Shown piece after piece: positions 37,594-47,664 of a stretch of DNA of 64,000 nucleotides (the stretch's first letter is position 1; each line of letters starts with the position of its first letter). The DNA lies in the NCBI GenBank assembly GCA_010909165.1, contig VJWM01000117.1, forward strand, positions 310,001-374,000, in the 5' to 3' direction. The notes beneath the pieces are model-generated. The model saw nothing but the letters and a program-made list of their open reading frames with translations, had not been told where the DNA came from and ran no database searches. The position numbers and the translations under genes are program-made. Origin of the DNA: Anthoceros angustus (Eukaryota > Plantae > Anthocerotophyta).

Positions 37594-40239
37594 CTAGCGA
37601 ACTGCATGATTTTCTGCAGATTCGTTAGCCCGCTTGTCGTCGTGCTCCAACAAATGAATTTCTTTTCTATCTTCAAACACGCCCCCAAAAGTGTCTTTCT
37701 GCAAGGAACGAACCATTTGTCTAAGACTTACATGCATACCTTCACTCTCTGGATGAGTCTCGTCCCCCACTGAAAAAGTATGCACCAGTCCATCCATATC
37801 CGTCCACCAGCTCTGGCCTGGTTGCTTCCATGCGCCTAGCCCTATTCTGTTCGCCTGCATCTCCTGAGCCTCCTGGCACATCCCAGCAGCCAGGTATACG
37901 TTCGACATAGACACGTAGACTGCAGGATCGTGTTTGTCGAGCTTCACAGCTTCATTGAAAGCATGCTGTGCCACCTCCACGTTGTTCCACTTTTGACAAG
38001 CGCCCAAGAGACAGTGCCAAACTGCAGCATCAGGAGGTACAGGCATTGTCCTGACCAAAGCTACTGCCATGTCCAGGTGGCCTGCACGACCCAGGAGATC
38101 CACCATGCACGTGTAGTGCTCTCCTGTGGGAATGATCCCATATTGTTTGCTCATAGCCTCAAAGTAGTCTTGCCCCTTGTTCACTAGACCCGCATGACTG
38201 CACGCAGTTAGTACACTAACGAAGGTGATACAGGCAGGCTGTATGCCATCTTCTTCCATTCTCTGGAGCAAGTCGAAGACCACTTCGCTGTCTCCCTGAC
38301 GAGTGTAGCCTGCTATCAGAGAATTCCAAGCCACGACGTCTCTTTGGGGTAATCCATCAAACACCTCCTGTGCATCGACCATGCTCCCGCACTTTGCATA
38401 CATGTTTATCAAACTGATGGCTAGATCAGTTTGAAGCCCTTGTTCTTCAATCTGTGCATGAAGCTGCTTTCCCAGAAGCAAGTCTGCCACATCAGCACAA
38501 GCCTGCAAGAGGCACACAAATGTCACCCCAGTAGGTGCTACAATACTTTCTTTGTGCATAGCCCTGTACACACGAAGAGCTTCCTGCCCCATGCCCTGCT
38601 GAGAATATCCAGCTATCAGAGCGGTCCATGTCACAATAGTCCTCTGACTAAGCCCGTCAAACACCATCTGAGCATCCAGTAAGCTGCCACACTTTGCATA
38701 CATGTTTACCAGGCTGCCACCTACAACCGCATCCGCCTGGAGTCCTTGCTGTTCAATCTCTGCATGAAGCTGCTTCCCCTTCTCCAAAGCTGGGGTACCC
38801 ATACTAGCACAAGCCTGCAGGGCAGACACAAAAGTCACGGAACTAGGTGCAGCATTGGCTTCTTCCTGCATAGCACTGTAGATATGAAGGGCTTCCTGGC
38901 CCATGCCCACCTGCGAATACCCTGCAATCATGGCATTCCATGTCACCGCGTTTTTTTTACAAAGTCCATCAAACACCCTTCGAGCGTCTTCTAAACAGCC
39001 ACACTTTGTATACATGGTTACCAAATTGTTGGCCACAAACACGTCAGCCAAAAGCCCTCGTACTCCAATCTCTGCATGAAGCTGCTTCCCCTTTTCCAAA
39101 GCCGGGGTACCAACAATTGCACAGGCCTGCAGGAGGCACAGAATCGTCACAGAATTGGGTTCAACCAAGCCTTCAGCTTGCAAATCACCATAAAGATGTA
39201 GAGCTTCCTGACCCATATTCTGCTGGCAATATCCTGCTATCATGGCATTCCACGTCACCACATCTTTTTGAGGAAGCTCGTCAAACATCGTTTGGGCATT
39301 TTCCAAGCTGCCGCACTTTGCATACATGTTCACCAAACTATTCGCCACAAACACATCTGTTTGAAGTCCGCATTTTGTTATTTGTGCATGAAGCTGCATC
39401 CCCGTCTCCAAAGCTGCAGTACCCACACTCGCACAGGCCTGCAAAAGGGCCAGAAATGTCACCGAATCAGGTACAACCAGGCCTTCGTCTTGCATAGCAC
39501 TGAAAATACAAAGAGCTTCCTGCCCCATTCCCTGCTGCGAATATCCTGCAATCATGGCATTCCAAGTGATCACATCTTTCTGACCAAGTTCATCAAAGAC
39601 TCTCTGAGCATCTTCCAGGCTGCCACACTTTGAGTACATGTCCACCAAGCAGTTGCAAACAAACAAATCAGGATCAACCCCACTGGCCAGCAAGTCAGCA
39701 TGCACCTGCTTCCCAGTTTCCAAGTCCCCTCCCTTCGCACAAGCTTGAAGTGCTGCTACAAAGACATGGCCATCAAGTTTGACACTTGACATACGCATCC
39801 GATAATACAGCTGCACGGCCTGCTTATCTTGCCCGTGTTTGACATGCGCAGAAATTATGGCAGACCATGTGAAGGCGTCTGGTTTGGCCACCACTGTAAA
39901 CAATTGCATCGCTTCTTGCAACCTGGCATGAGAAGCATACATTCGCAGGATATGGTTGCACAAGAACGTGTCCGACTCATACCCCTCCTTCACAACGAGA
40001 GCATGAACACGGCGAGCCAACACCAGATCTCTTGTCGCCACACACTGTTTTAGGACAGTATGTACGAGGGATCGAGAAACACCACAGCCTGTCTGCACGA
40101 GAACTCCCAGAGCCTCAACAGAATCAATGGTCTGCCCCAGTTGACATAGCTTACCCACCATTTCAGCCGTTGGGCCACTCTGAGTAGGAGCAGCCAGCTG
40201 CGCATTCACCCGAACTGCTTTTGAAAACTGTTGAGCCAT
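37594..40239 (-). CDS. PLS-class PPR RNA-editing-factor-like protein (L,S + 5xPLS + P2L2S2 + E1E2 + PGQSWWTD/E+ region), DYW truncated
   Basis: 881-aa intronless ORF with ~20 PPR motifs, E1/E2 and WKQPGQSWWTDMDGLVHTFSVGDETHPES. No HxE/CxxC in frame. Confidence 0.92.
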   Translation of the reverse strand: MAQQFSKAVRVNAQLAAPTQSGPTAEMVGKLCQLGQTIDSVEALGVLVQTGCGVSRSLVHTVLKQCVATRDLVLARRVHALVVKEGYESDTFLCNHILRMYASHARLQEAMQLFTVVAKPDAFTWSAIISAHVKHGQDKQAVQLYYRMRMSSVKLDGHVFVAALQACAKGGDLETGKQVHADLLASGVDPDLFVCNCLVDMYSKCGSLEDAQRVFDELGQKDVITWNAMIAGYSQQGMGQEALCIFSAMQDEGLVVPDSVTFLALLQACASVGTAALETGMQLHAQITKCGLQTDVFVANSLVNMYAKCGSLENAQTMFDELPQKDVVTWNAMIAGYCQQNMGQEALHLYGDLQAEGLVEPNSVTILCLLQACAIVGTPALEKGKQLHAEIGVRGLLADVFVANNLVTMYTKCGCLEDARRVFDGLCKKNAVTWNAMIAGYSQVGMGQEALHIYSAMQEEANAAPSSVTFVSALQACASMGTPALEKGKQLHAEIEQQGLQADAVVGGSLVNMYAKCGSLLDAQMVFDGLSQRTIVTWTALIAGYSQQGMGQEALRVYRAMHKESIVAPTGVTFVCLLQACADVADLLLGKQLHAQIEEQGLQTDLAISLINMYAKCGSMVDAQEVFDGLPQRDVVAWNSLIAGYTRQGDSEVVFDLLQRMEEDGIQPACITFVSVLTACSHAGLVNKGQDYFEAMSKQYGIIPTGEHYTCMVDLLGRAGHLDMAVALVRTMPVPPDAAVWHCLLGACQKWNNVEVAQHAFNEAVKLDKHDPAVYVSMSNVYLAAGMCQEAQEMQANRIGLGAWKQPGQSWWTDMDGLVHTFSVGDETHPESEGMHVSLRQMVRSLQKDTFGGVFEDRKEIHLLEHDDKRANESAENHAVR

Positions 40240-40981
40240 AGGTCCTCCAGCCCAGCATTCTCATGGATGAGCTCCTTGAGACTTAGCTAAGAAGGGGGAT
40301 TTTTCTCCGTTCTGGCGAGCACTTCTTCAAAGCTGAAACCGACTTCTCCACTTACGAACATGTGTTCCTCTACAATCCTCCATCGCCCAACTGAGCTTAA
40401 GTCGGATATTGAGGCAGACGACTCAAAAGTGCTTCAGAACTCGGTCACACTAAGCTTCTTTTGAACCCATGTGCTGCTAAGTTCTTCAACTCCTGCAGAC
40501 CTGTTAGCACACAGGAAGACTGGTATGCTTGCAACTATGAGCTGTAGAGATATATGATTTGGGATCTTTCGTGCTGCTGCCACTGGTACGTTTGCTCATT
40601 TTCAGACTCCACGTCTTTGTTGCTGTCTGCTTCTGAGCGAGACGAACTCGCAATGAGCCTGGAGATACTTGCGCTGCTTCGTGAGGAGTTGATGAGTGAG
40701 GGATCTTGCAGAATACAGATTTGCATTGCCAAACGGACATGTAGTTTGCCACCAAACGGAATCAGATTCCCCTACCCGTCAGGACTGAAAATGGTACCAG
40801 GAAGGCATGAAGCTAAAGCTCCTGGAGGCTGTAGCCAGATGCAGGCTGACATCACAATTGTACTTGGTGAGATGGACAGTCAGATTGTTATGCAGGTTGT
40901 TCGAGGTCATGTCCGGTAGTGGTCAGTGGTGGGTGCGTCTTGCATCCATAGTCTCGCAGGAGGTGCTCCTGCAATCGAGCC

Positions 40982-43900
40982 ATGGCAATCTGGATCGTTG
41001 AAATCCGGTCACCCCAAGGGCAAGTGGATCCTGCCTGGGGACAATGTTCGTGGACAGAGCAGTGGGTTGGATTAGCTGGTGTTCGAGAAAGATCTCCTGT
41101 CCGAATTGCTTCAAGGAACCAGCAGATGGTGGCGCAGAACCAGAACGGGAGGTACAGTACCTTTGCTAGAAAGCCTGCTAGTCCAAGACGATGTGTAGCT
41201 GGCAGCTCATCCTCCACCGAGGGGCGTCGCCAGGAGAACTTGTGGCGCCATCTTTTCCAGGATCCTACAGTTTGGTGGGATCACAGGCAAAGTAAGAAGA
41301 GCCGCCGATCGCCTGATTTCCGGCACAGGCAGTCCCATGAGGTCCCCTGGTTAAACAGCTTCCACAAGCCAGCTTGGGTGGATGCACAGCTTGCTACTCT
41401 GGATATGGCCCACAGGAACTTGCCTCATGACCCTGACCCCCGCAGGTCTGCTGGTCAGGACAGAGGCGTGTCGGCTGAGACCGTGATGAAGCTTTGTCAT
41501 GAGGGTCATCTGAGTGAAGCTGTTGAGGCTTTGGAAGTTCTGGTGCTGACAGATAGTTGTATTTCCAAATATCTGTTTTACACCGTTCTGAGGAAATGTG
41601 TAGCGGAGAAGGATCTTGTTCAGGGTAGCCGCGTCCATGCTTTCACGGTGACAAAGGGGTACCAGTCAGATACGTTCCTGTGCAATCACATCCTACGAAT
41701 GTATGCTTCTCATGGCAGGTTGCAAGATGCGATGGATGTGTTCGAAGGCGTGGCCGAACCAGATGCTTTCATGTGGCATTCCATAATTTCTGCACATGTT
41801 AAACAGGGTAGAGACAAGCTGGCCATACAACTGTATCATAGGATGCGTAGGTCCAGCGTGAAACCAGATAGCCATGTTTTCGTGGCAGCTCTGCAGGCTT
41901 GCGCCAGGGGTTCAGATTTGAGATCTGGGCAGCAGGTGCATGCTGATGTGTTGGTTAGTGGCGTTGAGCCTGGTTTGTTTGTCTGTAACTGCCTGGTGAG
42001 TATGTATGCAAAGTGTGGCAGCTTGGAGGAAGCTCGACGAGTATTTGACGGACTGCGTGAAAGAGATGTGGTGACATGGAATGCCATGATAGCAGGGTAT
42101 TCTCAGCAGGGCATGGGGGAGGAAGCCCTTCGTCTCTACGGTGCTATGCGAGAAGAGGGCATGGCTGTACCCAATCCTGTCACATTCGTTTCCCTCCTGC
42201 AGGCATGTGCAAGGATGGGTGCCCTGGCTTTGGAGAAGGGGCAGCAGCTTCATGCACAGATTAGGGCACAAGGACATGAAGTGGATGTGTTTGTAGCCAA
42301 CAGCTTGATAAACATGTATGCAAAATGTGGCAGCTTGGAGGACGCTCAGAGAGTGTTTGACGGACTTGGTCAAAAGAATGTGGTGACATGGAATGCCCTA
42401 ATAGCAGGGTATTCCCAGCAGGGCATGGGGCTGGAAGCCCTTCAGCTCTGGAGTGCGATGGAAGAAGGTGGTATGGCAGTAGCGAATTCTGTGACATACG
42501 CATGCCTGTTGCAGGCATGTGCAAGTGTGGGCACCCCCGCATTGGAAAAAGGGAGGCAGCTTCATTTGCTTCTCAGAGACCGAGGCCATGAAGCTGATGT
42601 GTTTGTGGCGAACAGTTTGGTCACTATGTACGCAAAGTGTGGTAGCTTGGAAGATGCACGAAGACTGTTTGACGGACTTGGTGAAAAAAATGTGGTAACG
42701 TGGAATGCCATGATAGCAGGGTATTCCAAGGGGGGCATGGGGCATGAAGCCCTTCGTCTGTACAGCCATATGCAGCAGTTTGTCATGGCCGTACCTGATT
42801 CCGTGACATTCAAGTGCCTCCTACAAGCATGTGCAAGTATGGGCACCCGGGCGTTGGAGAAGGGGAAGCAACTGCATGCGCAAATCAGAGAACAAGGACT
42901 TGAAGCTGATGGGTTTATAGGGAACAGTTTGGTAAACATGTATGCGAAGTGTGGCTGCTTGGAAATTGCACAGAGTGTATTTGATGGACTTGGTCAGAAA
43001 AATGCAGCAACTTGGAATGCCATTATAGCAGGCTACTCCCAGCAGGGGAAGGGGGAGGAAGCTCTTCATCTCTACAGTGCTATGCTGGAGGAAGGTATGG
43101 TACCGGATTCCGTGACGTTTGTGTGCCACCTCCAAGCATGTGCAAGTGTGGGCACTGCAGCATTGGAGAAGGGGAAGCATCTCCATGAGCAGATGCAAGA
43201 AGGAGGCTATGAAACTGATGTGTTTGTGGCGAGTAGTTTGGTGAACATGTATGTAAAGTGTGGCAGCTTGAATGACGCCCAAAGGGTGTTTGATGGACTT
43301 GCTCAAAAGAATGTCGTGACATGGAATACCATTATAGCAGGGTACTCCCAGCAGGGTATGGGTCAGGAAGCCATTCGTCTCTACAGTGCGATGCAAGAAG
43401 AAGGCATGGCTGTACCCAATTCTGTCACGTTCTTGTCCGTCCTACAGGCATGTGCATGTGTGGGCAACCTGGCACTGGAGACGGGAAAGCAGATTCATTT
43501 GCAAATCAGAGAAGGAGGACATGACGCTGATGTCTTTGTAACCAGCAGTTTGGTGAACATGTATGCAAATTGTGGTAGCTTGGAGGACGCTCAGCGAGTG
43601 TTTGATGGACTGGATCAAAAAGATGTGGTGACCTGGAATGCCATTATAGCAGGATATTCCCATCAGGGCATGGGTCATGAAGCTCTTTCCCTTTACTGTG
43701 TTATGCAAGAAGAGGGCGTGGCTGTACCCGATTCAGTGACTTTCTTGTGCCTCCTGCAGGCGTGTGCAAGTATAGGCATCTCCGCATTTGAAAACGGGAA
43801 GCAGCTTCATACAAAAATTAGAGAACAAGGTCTTGAAGGCGATGTGTTTGTAGCCAGCGGCTTGGTGAACATGTATGCAAAGTGTGGCAGCTTGAAGGAT

Positions 43901-44992
43901 GCTCAAAAAGTGTTTGACAGACTTGGTCAAAAGGATGTAGTGACATGGAATGCCATGATAGCAGGTTACGCCCAGCAGGGTATGGGGCAGGAGGCCCTTC
44001 GTCTCTACAGTTGCATGCTACAAGGAGGCAAGGCTGTACCGGATCCTGCGACATTCGTGTGCCTCCTGCAGGCATGTGCAAATGTTGCAGCCTTAGGTCT
44101 GGGACGGCAGGTACATGCACACATTGTAGAACAAGGTCTTCAAGCTAATGTGCTTGTAGCTAGCAATTTGATTAACATGTACGGGAAGTCCGGGAGCACA
44201 GTACTTGCTCAGGAGGTGTTTGATGCATTGCCCAAAAGAGATGTTGTTGTCTGGAATGCCCTGATTGCGGGCTACACTTGTGATGGGAACAGTGAAGTCG
44301 TGTTTGACTTGGTCCAGAAAATGAGAGTGGATGGCATACGGCCAGACGGCATCACATTCCTTAGCGTACTAACTGTGTGTAGTCATAGAGGTCTAGTGAC
44401 CACGGGGCGGAATTACTTTGACGCAATGAGCAGAGACTATGGGATCATTCCAAAGGAGAACCACTATACATGCATGGTGGATCTCCTGGGTCGTGGAGGA
44501 CAACTGGATGAGGCACTGGCTTTAGTAATGACAATGCCTGTTCAGCCTAGTGCTGCAGTTTGGCGCACACTGTTAAGTGCTTGTCGGACGTGGGGTAACG
44601 TGGAGGTGGGACACCATGCTTTCAGAGAAGCAGTCAGGCTAGACCAGAAAGACGCTGCACTGTATGTCTTGATGTCGAACATATACATCAGCGCCCAGAT
44701 GTGCGAGCAGGCACAGAAGATGCAGGCGAGGAGGAAAAGAATGAGAGCATGGAAGCAGCCAGGTCAGAGCTGGTGGACAGATACAAATGGGCTGGTGCAT
44801 AGTTTTTTGGTTGGAGATGACCAGAGTGAAGCAGGGTTGATTTCCAAAATCAAGGAAGATGGATATCTGCCTCGTCTGGACTGCTCACTAACAGACACAT
44901 CGTATAATAGAACGGAACATCGTTTGTGCGGGTACAGCGAGAAGCAGGCTCTCGCGTATCCCAAAAGCAACATAACTCAGCCAACCCCATGA
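40982..44992 (+). CDS. PDF-motif + PLS-PPR (L,S + 8xPLS + P2L2S2) + E1E2 + degenerate DYW:WW protein
   Basis: 1336-aa intronless ORF; start may be the Met at ~41126. Has an OSB-like PDF motif, ~29 PPR motifs, WKQPGQSWWTD and LCGYSEKQALAY. The DYW remainder (MITVKILRVSVDCH...) continues in another frame to TAA at 45123. Confidence 0.93.
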   Translation: MAIWIVEIRSPQGQVDPAWGQCSWTEQWVGLAGVRERSPVRIASRNQQMVAQNQNGRYSTFARKPASPRRCVAGSSSSTEGRRQENLWRHLFQDPTVWWDHRQSKKSRRSPDFRHRQSHEVPWLNSFHKPAWVDAQLATLDMAHRNLPHDPDPRRSAGQDRGVSAETVMKLCHEGHLSEAVEALEVLVLTDSCISKYLFYTVLRKCVAEKDLVQGSRVHAFTVTKGYQSDTFLCNHILRMYASHGRLQDAMDVFEGVAEPDAFMWHSIISAHVKQGRDKLAIQLYHRMRRSSVKPDSHVFVAALQACARGSDLRSGQQVHADVLVSGVEPGLFVCNCLVSMYAKCGSLEEARRVFDGLRERDVVTWNAMIAGYSQQGMGEEALRLYGAMREEGMAVPNPVTFVSLLQACARMGALALEKGQQLHAQIRAQGHEVDVFVANSLINMYAKCGSLEDAQRVFDGLGQKNVVTWNALIAGYSQQGMGLEALQLWSAMEEGGMAVANSVTYACLLQACASVGTPALEKGRQLHLLLRDRGHEADVFVANSLVTMYAKCGSLEDARRLFDGLGEKNVVTWNAMIAGYSKGGMGHEALRLYSHMQQFVMAVPDSVTFKCLLQACASMGTRALEKGKQLHAQIREQGLEADGFIGNSLVNMYAKCGCLEIAQSVFDGLGQKNAATWNAIIAGYSQQGKGEEALHLYSAMLEEGMVPDSVTFVCHLQACASVGTAALEKGKHLHEQMQEGGYETDVFVASSLVNMYVKCGSLNDAQRVFDGLAQKNVVTWNTIIAGYSQQGMGQEAIRLYSAMQEEGMAVPNSVTFLSVLQACACVGNLALETGKQIHLQIREGGHDADVFVTSSLVNMYANCGSLEDAQRVFDGLDQKDVVTWNAIIAGYSHQGMGHEALSLYCVMQEEGVAVPDSVTFLCLLQACASIGISAFENGKQLHTKIREQGLEGDVFVASGLVNMYAKCGSLKDAQKVFDRLGQKDVVTWNAMIAGYAQQGMGQEALRLYSCMLQGGKAVPDPATFVCLLQACANVAALGLGRQVHAHIVEQGLQANVLVASNLINMYGKSGSTVLAQEVFDALPKRDVVVWNALIAGYTCDGNSEVVFDLVQKMRVDGIRPDGITFLSVLTVCSHRGLVTTGRNYFDAMSRDYGIIPKENHYTCMVDLLGRGGQLDEALALVMTMPVQPSAAVWRTLLSACRTWGNVEVGHHAFREAVRLDQKDAALYVLMSNIYISAQMCEQAQKMQARRKRMRAWKQPGQSWWTDTNGLVHSFLVGDDQSEAGLISKIKEDGYLPRLDCSLTDTSYNRTEHRLCGYSEKQALAYPKSNITQPTP
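41240..41404 (+). other. OSB-type PDF motif within the PPR ORF
   Basis: LWRHLFQDPTVWWDHRQSKKSRRSPDFRHRQSHEVPWLNSFHKPAWVDAQLATLD fits the OSB PDF consensus W-x2-L-x2-[ND]P-x2-WWD-x-R-x2-K-x(n)-PDF-x(n)-WL-x(n)-P-x-WV-x3-L. PDF codons at 41312-41320. Confidence 0.88.
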
Positions 44993-46379
44993 TCACTGTG
45001 AAAATCCTGCGAGTCTCTGTTGATTGCCACGCCGTAGTGAGCTTCATGTTAACAGCTGTTACATGCAGAAACATGAATTGGGTACACGTGTACAACGGTG
45101 AAAATGTTCGAGTAGGGTTTTAAGCATTGTTCGAGTAGGATTTTCGCAATCAACGAAGACCCGTCCTACAACACATCGTGAGCATGTTCAACCCTAATCC
45201 CTCACAATGTGTGTGTTTTAGGACGAGACAGTCGACATTAAATAAAATTCTTAGTGGACTTAAATAAAATTCTTCTTCTTCTTCTTCATCCTACAAAGCG
45301 GCTGAGACAGTTGCTTTTACCAACAGCCATTGTAACATGGCCAAACTGCGATGGCAATGTTCTTGAGTTTGGGGGTCCTCCCCGAGCAAGAGCAGCGACA
45401 TGGTTTAAGTTTTCTTATGTTTTGGCATGAGAAGTTCTCTGCCCCGTCCGAGTGGTCCATGAGAAGCCAGATGGGGAAGAGAGCTTATCATGCCACTGGG
45501 ACCTAATGAAAGGAAGGCCCAGCCATACATAAATGCATGATGAGCCATGTCCTTGAGCATAGGCTTTTTGATTGGGATGAGGGACTTGAATTTGGTGCTA
45601 TCGGCCTAGCCAGAATGCCTCGTTGGGCGCAACGACCTCCTCGGTTTTTGACGGACATCCATCCCTCGTCAGCATGCTTAACCGCTGCTTGCCCTTGGTA
45701 CTAATCGATTTGATTCCTAGATGTTAACCTCTGCCTTTCACCATGTCACAGTTCCTTTGGTATTCTTGTATGATGATGAAATACCTCACACCAACTTAAA
45801 TTAAATTAGTTTTTTTCTTTATTGTGGACTTGTTGATCTTAGTTAAGTGCTTCGTGATTTGTATCTATCTATCTCTTCTAACGAAAAATTATAATTTATA
45901 ATATTCCATGACTATATTGTGTCTATGTAATGACTAAAGGTATGAATGACTATATATAATATATAATGACTGTATGAATTAAATTGAGAAAATATTCAAA
46001 TTGTTCAATAATAAAATTCATAAACATTAGCAAGTAAGAGAACAAAAGTACAATTTCATAACACACCATTTTGCTATAGGTCTAAAACTAAGATAAAAGC
46101 AGATCACGCTTACACTTCTAAAGAGGAATGTGTTCGCTTTGAAATATGATTAAGTTGCTAGTTTTATCTCTTAACATTTGAGACGTGAAAATTTTCAACT
46201 AAGATCTAATCATTATAATTATTGAGAAGAGCCTTGATTCCGTAAATTTCTAGCAACCTCGTTAGTGCTCATTTGATTGCGACCATTGTGACTACCGCCA
46301 AAAGAAGACCTTTCAACGCCCTTTCTAACTCGGATAGCTCGGCCTCATTGGTAGGTATGTTTGGCCCACAATCTTCCGT

Positions 46380-46900
46380 CGATAACTCGTCCTCATTCAC
46401 GGTTTGTTTGGGCTTCTAGGTCATCCTCATTCACGGGTTGGTTTGGGCCACTAGCTTCTAGGTCGTCCTCATTCACGGGTTCGTTTGGGCCACAAGCTTC
46501 TAGGTCGTCCTCATTGTGACCAGTCTCGCCAAAAGAAGACCTTTCAACGCTCCTTTTCTCTAACTCGGATAGCTCGGCCTCATTGGTAGGTATGTTTGGC
46601 CCACAATCTTGGCCGATAACTCGTCCTCATTCACGGTTTGTTTGGGCCACGGCTTCTAGGTCATCCTCATTCACGGGTTGGTTTGGGCCACTAGCTTCTA
46701 GGTCGTCCTCATTCACGGTTCGTTTGGGCCACAAGCTTCTAGGTCGTCCTCATTGACGGTTCGTTTGGGCCACAAGCTTCTAGGTCCTCATTCACGGGTT
46801 CGTTAGGGCCACAAGCTTCTAGGTCATCCTCATTCACGGGTTTGTTAGCCACAAGCTTCTAGGTCGTCCTCATTCACGGGTTTGTTGTTACAAGCTTCTA
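46380..46900. repeat. ~41-bp minisatellite (GGTCGTCCTCATTCACGGGTTCGTTTGGGCCACAAGCTTCTA), ~10 copies; degenerate counterpart at ~53850-54130
   Basis: Direct inspection of repeated units carrying AAGCTT and GGGCC(A)C. Confidence 0.85.
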
Positions 46901-47289
46901 GGGATAGCTCGCTCTCATTTTCGTGTTTTTGGGCCACAAACTTCCTTGCTCTCGGTTTTAGAATTGTACCTACAAAAATTGATAAACGATTTCAAATACT
47001 CTTACATATCTTTTAAAACATCTTGCTGATCGCTTATCACCAAATGACAAAACTAAAATTGTTACCCATGACGGGGAATATTGAGAAGAATCGTTTGCCA
47101 TGGTTGTAACATTGTGAGAAGAATCATTTGCCGTGGTTGTATCATTGTGAGAAGAATCCTTCCAACCTTCTCCTTTTCTTTGGCACCTTGCGTGTGATCT
47201 AAACCCTTCCAAGCCACTATGCATATACTTACAATTGAGGTTGAATAAGTTTTCAAGCTCCTACATCCCTCCGATCCAATGAAAGCGTG

Positions 47290-47664
47290 ATATGCTCCGG
47301 ATGTCGCGTCCGTACATGTTGAATCTTGTATCTTGGGAGATAAGAGCGTGTGGTCCCTCATTACATTTGAAGGTAGTAATATCCTCAATGTAGAGCATAG
47401 GCGCTAAAAGAGATCTACAGTGCAGACACCATAGCGTCGATTCACTTTTCGAGCAGTCAATACTGTGCCTCGCATGTGAATTCTTACAACATTCGTTGCA
47501 AAATGGATCATCTTGGCATTGAATACAAAACTTATCAGATCCCCGATTTTGCCATGTGAGGATGTAACGTGCACTTCTTATGATAGTCATGTTGAACAAA
47601 TATTGGTAACCAATCAAAAGTGGGCACCATATCACCTCAATAGAGTTCCGGATCTTGCATACAT
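47290..47664 (-). pseudogene. PLATZ-like zinc-binding gene relic (copy 1)
   Basis: DWLPIFVQHDYHKKCTLHPHMAK..KFCIQCQDDPFCNECCKNSHARH...LAPMLYIEDITTFKCN follows the PLATZ N-terminal pattern WL-x-P..C-x2-H..YC-x2-C..C-x2-C..H-x2-H..LDI-x2-VQTY-x2-N. Frameshifted. Confidence 0.7.

Noticed and set aside
37440-37600. Possible DYW relic downstream of the minus-strand PPR stop (SLADAHG..., SASDWW)
   Set aside because: Needs several frame changes and has no HxE/CxxC; too weak to call.
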